Positions 20,662 to 29,019 of a stretch of 64,000 nt of DNA are shown here, piece by piece. Position 1 is the stretch's first letter; the number at the start of each line of letters is the position of its first letter. Below the pieces are notes generated by a model, which worked only from the letters and a program-made list of their open reading frames with translations, searched no databases and was not told the origin of the DNA. A program made the translations under genes and the position numbers. The DNA is taken from the NCBI GenBank assembly GCA_963703345.1, contig OY969814.1, forward strand, positions 1,120,001 to 1,184,000. The letters run 5' to 3'. The DNA comes from an uncultured Chloroflexia bacterium (GTDB lineage: Bacteria; Chloroflexota; Dehalococcoidia; DSTF01; JALHUB01).

Positions 20662-21804
20662 ATGGAACTGAAGGTACCACCGGCGTCGGTCTATGTCCCG
20701 CCTGAAGACCGCGAGTGGATCCTGGCGCGGATAGACGAATGCCTCGCGAGCGGCCGCCTCACCCTCGGCCCGCACGGCGCCGAGCTTGAGAAGCAGTTCG
20801 CTGAGCGCTGTGGCGTCCGTTACGCCGTCGCCGTCAACAGCGGCACCAGCGCCCTCGAGATAATCCTTCGGGCCATCGGCGTCGAAGGACGCGAAGTCAT
20901 CATTCCCACGAACACCTTCTACGCGACAGCCGGCGCCGCTCTCCATGCCGGCGCCCGCATCCGCTTCGCCGACTGCGAGCCGGAATCGTTCGCCCTCGAC
21001 ATCGACGACCTGCGGACGCTGATCGGCCCGCAGACCGCCGCCGTCGTCATCGTCCACATTGGCGGTGTCATAACGCCCAGAATCGAAGACATCGTCCGTC
21101 TCTGCGAGCAGGCCGGCGTCCCTCTGGTGGAAGACGCCGCGCACGCGCACGGCTGCAAGCTAAACGGCAGGCCCGCGGGCTCCTTCGGGCGCGCCGCCGC
21201 CTTCTCCTTCTACCCGACGAAGGTGATGACCAGCGGCGAGGGCGGCATTCTGGTGACGGACGACGAGGCGATCCAGCGCGAAGCCCTCATCTACCGCGAC
21301 CAGGGAAAAGAAGGCTTCACCACCAACTTCCACGTCCGCCTCGGCTACAACTGGCGCATGAGCGAGCCCCACGCCGTCATCGGCCTGGCCCAGCTCCGCC
21401 GCCTCGACGAGTTCATCCAGCGTCGCAACGCCGTCGCCGCGATCTACGACGAAGGACTGAAAGCGCTGGCGCCGGCAGTGACGGCCGTGCGACCGCCGGC
21501 GGGCTCCCTGTGCAACTACTACAAGCACCTCGCCCTCCTCGACGGCGTCGACCGCGCCGTGCTGAAGAAGCTGATGCGGGAAGAGTACGGCGTTGGCCTC
21601 AGCGGCGAGGTCTACGACACGCCCTGCCATAAGCAGCCGGTCTTCGCCGCCTTCGCCGACCGGCCGCTGCCAAAGGCGGAAGACCTTTGCGCCCGCCACA
21701 TCTGTCTTCCCGTCTCGGCGAAGATGACGGAAGACGACGCTCGCTACGTCCTCCAATCGCTCCGGGCTGCCGTCTCGCGCCTGGCGACGGAGAAGGTGGT
21801 CTAA
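20662..21804 (+). CDS. DegT/DnrJ/EryC1/StrS sugar aminotransferase
   Basis: NSGTSAL, EDAAHAHG, SFYPTK (PLP lysine), GYNWRM. Confidence 0.93.
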   Translation: MELKVPPASVYVPPEDREWILARIDECLASGRLTLGPHGAELEKQFAERCGVRYAVAVNSGTSALEIILRAIGVEGREVIIPTNTFYATAGAALHAGARIRFADCEPESFALDIDDLRTLIGPQTAAVVIVHIGGVITPRIEDIVRLCEQAGVPLVEDAAHAHGCKLNGRPAGSFGRAAAFSFYPTKVMTSGEGGILVTDDEAIQREALIYRDQGKEGFTTNFHVRLGYNWRMSEPHAVIGLAQLRRLDEFIQRRNAVAAIYDEGLKALAPAVTAVRPPAGSLCNYYKHLALLDGVDRAVLKKLMREEYGVGLSGEVYDTPCHKQPVFAAFADRPLPKAEDLCARHICLPVSAKMTEDDARYVLQSLRAAVSRLATEKVV

Positions 21805-21806
21805 CC

Positions 21807-22748
21807 GTGCGCGCGGCCGTTACGGGCGGCTCCGGCTTCATCGGCTCCCACGTCGTCGACGCCCTGATCGCTGCCGGCCACGACGTCGTCACGCTCGACC
21901 CCCGGCCGCCGCACCGTCCCGATGCCGGCCACGCGCCCGCGGACATCCGCGACGTGCCGTCGCTCGTCGAGGCGACCGCCGGCTGCGACGTTCTCTTCCA
22001 CCTCGCCGCTGTCGCCGACGTAAACGACGTTGCCCGCGACCCGGTCGGCGCCGTCGACCTGAATGTCGGCGGCACGGCGCGCGTCCTCGAAGCGGCGCGG
22101 CGGAACGGGGTGAAGCGCGTGGTCCTGGCGAGCACTGTCTGGGTCTACTCGTCGGCGGCTGCCCCGGAAGGCGCCGTCGTCGACGAAGAGACGCCTTTCG
22201 CTGCCGACGCCAGCCGCCACGTCTACACTTCATCGAAGCTGGCGGCGGAGATGCTCTGCCACGACTATTGGAACGCCTACCAGCTTCCCTTCACAATTCT
22301 GCGCTACGGCATCCCGTACGGCCCCCGCATGCGGCCGGCCCTCGTCATACCGATCTTCGTGCGAAAGGCGTTGGCCGGCGAAGCGCTGACGGTCGCCGGC
22401 GACGGCAGCCAGCACCGCAAGTTCGTTTACGTCGAGGACCTGGCGCGGGCGCACGTGCTCGCCCTCGACGAGAAGGCCGCGAATCAGACCTACAACGTCG
22501 ACGGCACGGAGAAGATAACCATCCTGCGCATCGCCGAGACGGTCCTGCGCCTGACCGGCTCGGCGCGGCCCATCGAGTTCATGCCCGCGCGCGGCGGCGA
22601 CTACGCCGGTAGGGAGGTATCGAGCGAGAAGGCGCGCCGCGAGCTTGGCTGGCAGGCAGAAATCGACTTCGAGGAAGGCATGCGGCGGACGGTCCCCTGG
22701 ATCATCGATAGTCTCGCCGAAGGGGCAAAGCTGTCCGCCCGAAGCTGA
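21807..22748 (+). CDS. NAD-dependent epimerase/dehydratase
   Basis: TGGSGFIGSH and YxxxK (YTSSK). GTG start. Confidence 0.9.
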   Translation: MRAAVTGGSGFIGSHVVDALIAAGHDVVTLDPRPPHRPDAGHAPADIRDVPSLVEATAGCDVLFHLAAVADVNDVARDPVGAVDLNVGGTARVLEAARRNGVKRVVLASTVWVYSSAAAPEGAVVDEETPFAADASRHVYTSSKLAAEMLCHDYWNAYQLPFTILRYGIPYGPRMRPALVIPIFVRKALAGEALTVAGDGSQHRKFVYVEDLARAHVLALDEKAANQTYNVDGTEKITILRIAETVLRLTGSARPIEFMPARGGDYAGREVSSEKARRELGWQAEIDFEEGMRRTVPWIIDSLAEGAKLSARS

Positions 22749-24814
22749 TGAGAGACGTAGCCGTCTCCGAGACCGCGCTCCCCGAAGGGACCCGGCAGCC
22801 GCGTCTCATCGCGGTCATGCCCGCCTACAACGAAGAAGCCACCATCACCTCCGTCCTCGACCGCCTGGAGCCCCTTGTCGACGAGATCCTCGTCGTCGAT
22901 GACGGCTCCAGCGACCACACCCGCGAGCTCGTCTTCAACTGGACCCGCACGCGCGAGAACGCCCATGCCGTCTTCCTCAAGGAGAACCAGGGCATGTCCG
23001 AGGCCTACTACGTCGCTTTCCGACGCCTCGGGCAGCGGCTCGCGGCCGGTGAGCTACGCGCCGACGACGTCGTTCTGACTATCGACGCGGACGGCCAGCA
23101 CGAGCCAGCGGAGATCGAAGCGCTCCTTAACCGCCTCAACGAGGGGTTCGACGCCGTCATCGCCCGCCGCGACCTCTCCACTTACACGCGCTACAAGCGC
23201 CTGGGCAACTGGCTGATGTCGCTCTGGGCCTCGGCGTGGGCCGGCAAGCGGCTCTACGACGTCGAGTCCGGCTTCCGCGTCTTTCGCCTCGGCGCTCTGC
23301 TGGCGGCCCTGGAGTACTACCGCGGCTACAAGTACAGCGAGACCGTCGAGGTCGCCGTCATCCTGCCGCGCCTCGGCTACCGCGTCGCCAACGACGTGAT
23401 CGTGCCGGTGCCGCTCTTCCGCTCCCGCACCCGCATCAAAGACCTCGCCATCGACGTCGCGGCGATACCCTGGGCCTGGTGGCGGCTCATCGCCTGGCGC
23501 ACGCTGCCGAAGGACATGCCGCGCTGGTCTTATATCCTCACCCTCTTCGCGCCGCTGGCGCTGCTGTTCATGGCCGTCAACCTGCTGATCAACCGCATCT
23601 TCCTCGGCGACGACTCCGTGCACAACTACGCCCACATCTGGTACATCAGCGATCAGATCTTCAACCATGCCCGCCTGCCGCTGCACGTCGCGTTGCTGGA
23701 CGGCGGGCGCGCCGTCGCCTTCCCTTACGCCTTCACGCCGTTCCTTGCCGGCGCCGTCGGCTTCCGCGTCTTCGGCGACTGGGCGGTCTCCGCGATGATG
23801 GCAGTCGCCCTGCTTGGCACCGTTTGGGCGGTGGGCAAGGCCCATCCGGTCATGCGCAATCCCTGGGTCATGCTCGTCTTCGTCCTGAACCCGTTCCTCA
23901 TCGACGCCGTTTACACGTTCCAGTTCGCGACGCTCTGGAGCGCGCTCTTCTTCTTCCTCTTCATGTGGTCGATGGACCAGCGGCGCCACCTGCTGTCGGC
24001 CCTGCTCCTCTGGCTGACCATCAGCGCTCATCCGATAATGGGCAGCTTCGCCGTCGGCGGCTATGCGCTCTGGTACCTTATCATCGACCGGGCGAGGCTG
24101 CGACCACTGGCGTTCATCTCGGTGCCGGTCGGCGTGGCGCTCATCCCCATCTTCTGGATGATGCTGCAGACGCCTTCCGTCGGCGAGAACTCCCTGAAGA
24201 CGGTCACGCTCTCCGTTCTCGACGTCCTGCCCCGTCGCGGCACGATATTCTGGGCGCCGTTCCTCTGCGCCACCTTCGCCCCGTTGCTCCGCAGCTATTT
24301 CCGGCCGACCCTGCTCATATTCGCCGGCCTGGTCGCCCTCGGGGTGATGATGGCGACCGGACCGCTGCGCGTCAGCTACGGCAGCTACTACGGCGCCCTT
24401 CACTTCAGCGACGACATCTACGCCGCCTACTTCCAGTCGCCGCAGTTCCATCCCGGCGCGACCTACCGCGTCGTGGAGCCGAACGACCGCGAGGACGGCA
24501 TGTACCGCTTCATCCGCCACGGCGCGGTGCTCTCGAACGAGTTCTTCAGCGAGAGCATGTTCCGTCGCAACTGGACAAACGACCAGTACGCCTGCTTCCT
24601 GGCCTTCAAGCAGGTCGATTACGTCGTGATTGAGGGCGCCTTCATGGCGAACTCGCCGACGAACGAGCAGGCCGTGCTGGAGGGGCTCGTTTCGTCCGGC
24701 AAGGCGCAGAGCATCTACCTCGATCCGCAAGGCAAGTTCACCGTCTATGACGTCCGTCCTTACGTCGCGGCCCAGGCGAAGCCGTCCAGCCTCGACGCCT
24801 GCGGGATGTATTGA
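22748..24814 (+). CDS. polyprenol-phosphate GT2 fused to a multi-TM GT-C-like domain
   Basis: PAYNEE, VDDGSSD, DADGQH and DVESGFR, followed by about 10 hydrophobic segments with a GDD acidic motif in the first loop. Confidence 0.8.
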   Translation: MRDVAVSETALPEGTRQPRLIAVMPAYNEEATITSVLDRLEPLVDEILVVDDGSSDHTRELVFNWTRTRENAHAVFLKENQGMSEAYYVAFRRLGQRLAAGELRADDVVLTIDADGQHEPAEIEALLNRLNEGFDAVIARRDLSTYTRYKRLGNWLMSLWASAWAGKRLYDVESGFRVFRLGALLAALEYYRGYKYSETVEVAVILPRLGYRVANDVIVPVPLFRSRTRIKDLAIDVAAIPWAWWRLIAWRTLPKDMPRWSYILTLFAPLALLFMAVNLLINRIFLGDDSVHNYAHIWYISDQIFNHARLPLHVALLDGGRAVAFPYAFTPFLAGAVGFRVFGDWAVSAMMAVALLGTVWAVGKAHPVMRNPWVMLVFVLNPFLIDAVYTFQFATLWSALFFFLFMWSMDQRRHLLSALLLWLTISAHPIMGSFAVGGYALWYLIIDRARLRPLAFISVPVGVALIPIFWMMLQTPSVGENSLKTVTLSVLDVLPRRGTIFWAPFLCATFAPLLRSYFRPTLLIFAGLVALGVMMATGPLRVSYGSYYGALHFSDDIYAAYFQSPQFHPGATYRVVEPNDREDGMYRFIRHGAVLSNEFFSESMFRRNWTNDQYACFLAFKQVDYVVIEGAFMANSPTNEQAVLEGLVSSGKAQSIYLDPQGKFTVYDVRPYVAAQAKPSSLDACGMY

Positions 24815-24815
24815 G

Positions 24816-26093
24816 ATGAGAGCGCTGAAGACGCTGCTTCTGGACTGGTGGCAGCTCGTGCGGTCGGGCCGGGCGCGGCCCTACCTGCTGATAACGCTGC
24901 TCGTCGATGGCGCCTTCGTGTTCGTTTTCCTCGTCGCTATCCAATCCTACCTGCCGGAGCAGCACGGCATGAGCGCCGCCTGGCCCGGCTACGCCCTGGC
25001 GGTCTACGGCGCCGCCAAGCTGGCCGCCCAGCTCTTCGCCGGACGCCTCATCGACCACGCCGGCGGCAAACGGGGCCTCCTCTACGGACTCATCCTGATC
25101 CTCGCCGGCCAGGCTATGCTGCTGCCGGCGGCGTCTGCCCCGGCTGCCGTCTTCCCGGCCGCTGCGGTCTACGGGACCGGCGCCGCCGTGCTCTGGCCCG
25201 CTCTTTTCGCCCTCGCGAGCGGCTCTTTCGCCGAGTCGGAGCGCGCTCGCCTCACGTCGGCAATGATGCTGACGACGGGCCTCGCCCTGGCGATGGGTCT
25301 GGGACTCGGCTTCCTGCTGCCGCCCCGCTTTCCTTACGTCGCGGCGGCGGCTCTCGCCCTCGGCGTCATAGGCGTCGCCTTCCTCTTCGCGATACGCAGT
25401 CGCCCCGAACAGGCGACGGCTCAGGCGACCACGGTGCCAGCGAAGGGCTCGCTGCGGACGGTCGCGCGCGATGTGCTGCAGCCGCAGCGACTCGCCTTCT
25501 CGCTGATCGTCCTGCTGCAGGCGGTGGCGGTCGGCGCGCTGCTGGCCGTCTTCCGCTCCTACGGCCGCGACTTCCTTGACGTGTCGCTGCGCTCGGAGGC
25601 GCTGATCCTGGCGCCGGGCGCGCTTGCGGCTGCGGCTTCCGTGGCTGTCGGCGGCGTGCTCGCCGACCGCTTCGGGCGTGGGCGCCTGCTTACCGCGGGA
25701 TACCTCATCGCCGCGCCGGCGTTCCTCATCCTTGCCGGCGTGAAGACGCCCGCCGTCGTTGCCGCCGTCGTGGCCGTGGCGGGTGTTGGCCTCGGCCTGG
25801 CGCTGCCTTCCATAACCGCCACTTCGATGGACCTGTCCCACAAGGCCGGCCAGGGCACGCTGCTCTCCTGGTTCATGGCCGTCGAGGGACTTGGGCACGC
25901 CATTGGCCCGGCGCTCGGCGGCTACGTGACCGATGCCGGCGACGTCGAGGCGGTTCTCCGCATGGCGGGCGCGCTTTTCGCCCTGCTGGCTCTGGCGGCG
26001 ATAGCTCTCTCCCTGGCGCTGGCGCCGCGGCGGGCCGGCGCCCCGAAAGAGGCGGAGCCCGTCCTCGTCGGGCGGCTGGAGGACGGTTTGTGA
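24816..26093 (+). CDS. MFS transporter
   Basis: About 12 TM segments with GRLIDHAG and GVLADRFGR motifs. Confidence 0.88.
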   Translation: MRALKTLLLDWWQLVRSGRARPYLLITLLVDGAFVFVFLVAIQSYLPEQHGMSAAWPGYALAVYGAAKLAAQLFAGRLIDHAGGKRGLLYGLILILAGQAMLLPAASAPAAVFPAAAVYGTGAAVLWPALFALASGSFAESERARLTSAMMLTTGLALAMGLGLGFLLPPRFPYVAAAALALGVIGVAFLFAIRSRPEQATAQATTVPAKGSLRTVARDVLQPQRLAFSLIVLLQAVAVGALLAVFRSYGRDFLDVSLRSEALILAPGALAAAASVAVGGVLADRFGRGRLLTAGYLIAAPAFLILAGVKTPAVVAAVVAVAGVGLGLALPSITATSMDLSHKAGQGTLLSWFMAVEGLGHAIGPALGGYVTDAGDVEAVLRMAGALFALLALAAIALSLALAPRRAGAPKEAEPVLVGRLEDGL

Positions 26094-26102
26094 GCGAGAG
26101 CG

Positions 26103-26855
26103 ATGATCTGGAAGATCGGTCTACCACTGCTTCTCGTCGCCGGACTGGTCGGCCTGGCCTACTACTGGGCCATCTCGCCGTCGTCGCAGGTCTACGGATC
26201 GATAACGACGCACGGACCGCGCCAGGAGAAGCTGGTCGCCCTTACGTTCGACGACGGCCCGAATCCGCCCTGGACGAACCAGATCGCCGACGTGCTGGCG
26301 CAGTACGACGTCAAAGCGACCTTCTTCGTCGTCGGCGCCAACGCGGATGCCGCGCCCGACATCGTGCGGACGCTCGTGCAGGAGGGACATCTCGTGGGTA
26401 ACCACTCGTACGAGCACCGCAAGCGCGACGCGCTCCTCGAGCCGCGCTATGGCGAGCTGTCGAAGGCCGAAGCGAGCATCGCCAAGGCGGCGGGCGTTTG
26501 TCCGGCGCTGTTCCGTCCGCCGAACGGCTTCCACACGCCCTGGCAATTGCACGAGGTCGCGTCGGAAGGGATGCGCGCGGTCGATTGGGACGTGCAGCCC
26601 TCCGACTGGGAGGACCCGACGCCGGAGACCATCGTGAAGCGCGTCCTCGACGGCGTCAAGCCAGGCTCCATCATCCTCCTGCACGACGGCAGCGACGCGA
26701 ACCAGGGCGTCGACCGCTCGGCGACTCTCAACGCCCTGCCCGGCATCATCCAGGGGCTCCGCGACGAAGGCTACCGCTTCGTCCGCCTTGACGAGCTCCT
26801 TTCCGTCCAGCCCTATCTCTCCCAGTGTCCACAAGCGGAGGTGAGCACCCCATGA
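26103..26855 (+). CDS. polysaccharide deacetylase (CE4/NodB)
   Basis: TFDDGP, NHSYEH, FRPP, DW, LLHD and an N-terminal TM anchor. Confidence 0.93.
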   Translation: MIWKIGLPLLLVAGLVGLAYYWAISPSSQVYGSITTHGPRQEKLVALTFDDGPNPPWTNQIADVLAQYDVKATFFVVGANADAAPDIVRTLVQEGHLVGNHSYEHRKRDALLEPRYGELSKAEASIAKAAGVCPALFRPPNGFHTPWQLHEVASEGMRAVDWDVQPSDWEDPTPETIVKRVLDGVKPGSIILLHDGSDANQGVDRSATLNALPGIIQGLRDEGYRFVRLDELLSVQPYLSQCPQAEVSTP

Positions 26856-27823
26856 ACCGAAGACAACTAAGTCGCGAGCAGCAAAGCGTTCTGGTCACAG
26901 GCGGCGCCGGCTTCATCGGCTCCCATATCGCCGCCGCTCTCCTCATGTCCGGCCGCCGCGTCGAGGTGTTGGACAACCTGAGTGTCGGCAATCCGGGCCG
27001 CGTCCCGGCCGGCGCGCGCTTCCACCTTGGCGACGTGCGCTCGGAGTCGGACCTGCGACGCGTCTTCGGCCGCAAGCAGTTCGACGCGGTGGTCCATTGC
27101 GCCGCCCAGACCAGCGTAGAGCGCTCCATGAAGGACCCGCAGTTGGACAGGGAGATAAACGCTCTCGGTACGAAGCGCCTGGCGAGCATAGCCGAGGCGT
27201 CGGGTGTGAAGCGCTTCATTTTCGCTTCATCCGGCGGCGCCATCTATGGCGAGTCCGACGTTGCGGCGACGGAAGAGACGCCACCGGCGCCGCGCAGCTT
27301 CTACGGACGCCACAAGCAGGAGGCCGAGCGTCTTCTCCTGTCCGGCCGCATCCCGAGCGCCGTCCTGCGCCTGTCTAACGTCTACGGGCCGGGCCAGCGC
27401 TCCGACGCGGAGGGCGGCGTCGTCGCCATCTTCCTCGAGCGACTTGCCGCCGGCGCGCCTCTGGACTTGCATGGCGGCGGCAGCCAGGTGCGCGACTTCG
27501 TGCACGTCTCCGACGTCGTGAAGGCGGCCCTGCTGTCGCTGGAGGACGGCCTGACCGGCGTCTGGAACGTCGCTAGCGGCCAGGCGACGAGCGTCCTCGG
27601 TCTCGTGGACGACCTTGCCGCCCTGACGGGTCGGGCGGTGAGCCTGCGCCACCTGCCGCGTCGCGCCGGCGACGTCGATTGCTCCCTGATCGCCCCGGGC
27701 AAGCTTCAGTCGACCGGCTGGGGCCCGCCGCTGCCGCTCGCCGAGGGGCTTCGCCTGATGCTGGCCGATTCCGGCGTCGCTGTCGGGACCGAAGTGAGCA
27801 GCACGACCCTCCAGCCTGCATAG
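26852..27823 (+). CDS. NAD-dependent epimerase (GalE-like)
   Basis: TGGAGFIGSH, SSGGAIYG, YGRHK, NVYGP, RDFVHVSD. Confidence 0.9.
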   Translation: MNRRQLSREQQSVLVTGGAGFIGSHIAAALLMSGRRVEVLDNLSVGNPGRVPAGARFHLGDVRSESDLRRVFGRKQFDAVVHCAAQTSVERSMKDPQLDREINALGTKRLASIAEASGVKRFIFASSGGAIYGESDVAATEETPPAPRSFYGRHKQEAERLLLSGRIPSAVLRLSNVYGPGQRSDAEGGVVAIFLERLAAGAPLDLHGGGSQVRDFVHVSDVVKAALLSLEDGLTGVWNVASGQATSVLGLVDDLAALTGRAVSLRHLPRRAGDVDCSLIAPGKLQSTGWGPPLPLAEGLRLMLADSGVAVGTEVSSTTLQPA

Positions 27824-27856
27824 CCTCCGCTCTGACTGCAGGCGCGGCCTTCCAGC

Positions 27857-27885
27857 TTGAAAGGCGGGACGGCCCATGCTAACAT
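27857..27885 (+). promoter_or_regulatory. sigma70-type promoter, copy 1 (upstream of interrupted tRNA-Ser)
   Basis: TTGAAA-17 bp-TAACAT with extended -10 TG. Duplicated at 28412-28440. Confidence 0.7.
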
Positions 27886-27894
27886 CGACCTCGC

Positions 27895-28010
27895 GGAGGG
27901 ATCGCATAGTGGTCTAGTGCGGCCGCCTGCTAAGCGGTTACCCTGGGAAACTGGGGTCATGGGTTCCCGCCTAGGCGGGCCCGTCCGGGCGAATCCCATT
28001 CCGCCCTGCC
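27895..28010 (+). pseudogene. tRNA-Ser(GCT) copy with a 24-nt insertion in the T-loop and a degenerate 3' acceptor strand
   Basis: Identical to 28450-28520 up to GGGTT, then CCCGCCTAGGCGGG+CCCGTCCGGG (27966-27989), then CGAATCCCATTCCGCCC. No TCCCTCCGCCA end. Confidence 0.85.
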
Positions 28011-28033
28011 GTATCCGACGAGGAGAGTTCCTC

Positions 28034-28294
28034 TTGTTCTACGTCTATGTGGTTCGGAGCGAGAAGGATGGCCGCCTGTACACGGGAATGACTTCCGATC
28101 TCCCACGACGACTTAATGAACATAATAGAGGCACGACTACCTCGCTTCGCGGACGTCGGCCCGTCAGACTTGTGTACAGTGAAGAATACGCCACCAGGTC
28201 TGAGGCTTTGGCAAGGGAACATTATTTCAAGACACCGGAAGGTGGAGTGCTGAAACAGCGGTTGGTCTCCGCGGTGGAAGAAGAAGACCGCTAA
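28034..28294 (+). CDS. stand-alone GIY-YIG nuclease, copy 1 (86 aa)
   Basis: FYVYVVRS...LYTG.T.DL.RRL.EHN.G...LVYSE......A..RE..FK. TTG start with AGGAGA RBS. Confidence 0.9.
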   Translation: MFYVYVVRSEKDGRLYTGMTSDLPRRLNEHNRGTTTSLRGRRPVRLVYSEEYATRSEALAREHYFKTPEGGVLKQRLVSAVEEEDR

Positions 28295-28301
28295 AACGTG
28301 G

Positions 28302-28351
28302 CCACGGGTTACCGTCTGGGCCCCCTCCGCGCAAATCCCATTCCCTCCGCC
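28302..28351 (+). repeat. degenerate tRNA-Ser 3' fragment with T-loop insertion
   Basis: CACGGGTT-ACCGTCTGGG-CCCCCTCCGCG-CAAATCCCATTCCCTCCGCC. Confidence 0.75.
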
Positions 28352-28411
28352 CGTGCTACCCTCGCAGGCCGCCTACCCTCCATCCCTGACCGGGAGCCGC
28401 ACTTCTCCAGC

Positions 28412-28440
28412 TTGAAAGGCGCGCGGCCCCATGCTAACAT
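28412..28440 (+). promoter_or_regulatory. sigma70-type promoter, copy 2 (intact tRNA-Ser)
   Basis: TTGAAA-17 bp-TAACAT with extended -10 TG, 9 bp before the tRNA. Confidence 0.75.
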
Positions 28441-28449
28441 CGACTTCGC

Positions 28450-28541
28450 GGAGGGATCGCATAGTGGTCTAGTGCGGCCGCCTGCTAAGCGGTTACCCTG
28501 GGAAACTGGGGTCATGGGTTCGAATCCCATTCCCTCCGCCA
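28450..28541 (+). tRNA. tRNA-Ser(GCT), intact
   Basis: GGAGGGA/TCCCTCC acceptor stem, G73, CCA end, anticodon loop CT-GCT-AA, long variable arm, ATGGG-TTCGAAT-CCCAT T-arm. Confidence 0.95.
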
Positions 28542-28553
28542 GCCGGTCACTAA

Positions 28554-28620
28554 TGGGAAACTGGGGGTCGTGGGTTCCCGCCTTGGTGGGCCCGTCTGGG
28601 CGAATCCCATTCCGCATGCC
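28554..28620 (+). repeat. tRNA-Ser 3' fragment (part of variable arm plus T-arm) with 24-nt T-loop insertion
   Basis: TGGGAAACTGGGGGTCGTGGGTT-CCCGCCTTGGTGGG-CCCGTCTGGG-CGAATCCCATTCCGCATGCC. Confidence 0.85.
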
Positions 28621-28644
28621 GCACTCAGGCGGCGGCGGCCCTTT

Positions 28645-28908
28645 GTGTTCTATGTCTACGTCGTTCGGAGTGTGAAGGACGGTCGCCTGTATACCGGAAC
28701 GACAGGTGACCTTCGGCGGGGGCTTAATGAACACAATCGAGGCAAGACCAGCTCGCTTCGTGGAAGGCGGCCTGTAAAGCTGGTGTATAGTGAAGAGTAC
28801 CTAACCAGGGCTGAGGCTCTGGCCCGAGAACGCTACTTCAAGACGCCGGAAGGCGGAGTGGTGAAGAAGCGGCTGGTCTCGGAGGTGGAAAAGAGCGACT
28901 GCGATTGA
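28645..28908 (+). CDS. stand-alone GIY-YIG nuclease, copy 2 (87 aa; conserved Arg replaced by Gly)
   Basis: 17 differences over 86 aa relative to copy 1 by manual count. GTG start, weak RBS. Confidence 0.85.
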   Translation: MFYVYVVRSVKDGRLYTGTTGDLRRGLNEHNRGKTSSLRGRRPVKLVYSEEYLTRAEALARERYFKTPEGGVVKKRLVSEVEKSDCD

Positions 28909-28913
28909 ACGTA

Positions 28914-28968
28914 GTCATGGGTTCCCGCCTTGGCGGGCCCGTCTGGGCGAATCCCATTCCCTCCGCCA
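28914..28968 (+). repeat. tRNA-Ser 3' fragment with 24-nt T-loop insertion and intact CCA end
   Basis: GTCATGGGTT-CCCGCCTTGGCGGG-CCCGTCTGGG-CGAATCCCATTCCCTCCGCCA. Confidence 0.88.
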
Positions 28969-28983
28969 GCAACTCGGACTGAC

Positions 28984-29007
28984 GCCCCTTTCCGGGGCTA
29001 TCTTTTT
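28984..29007 (+). terminator. possible intrinsic terminator after the tRNA/GIY-YIG array
   Basis: GCCCC-TTTCC-GGGGC followed by TATCTTTTT. Confidence 0.45.
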
Positions 29008-29019
29008 CGGGAATTCGGA

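Noticed and set aside
27966-27989. Insertion as a spliceable tRNA intron
   Set aside because: It is far too short for a group I or II intron and shows no evident bulge-helix-bulge. The host copy also has a broken acceptor stem, and an intact gene is adjacent.
27857-28734. Track ORFs 27857-28294 (145 aa), 28298-28675, 28309-28734 and the 28570/28930 starts
   Set aside because: They translate through promoter and tRNA sequence. The supported starts are 28034, 28645 and 29020.
27895-28968. CRISPR array interpretation of the repeated T-arm sequences
   Set aside because: The repeats are tRNA-derived and irregularly spaced, the intervals contain whole genes, and no cas genes are present in the window.
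27851-28968. Assembly artefact or prophage att-site duplication
   Set aside because: The copies differ at many positions, including synonymous sites, which argues against a collapsed or duplicated assembly. No integrase or phage genes lie between the tRNA fragments.
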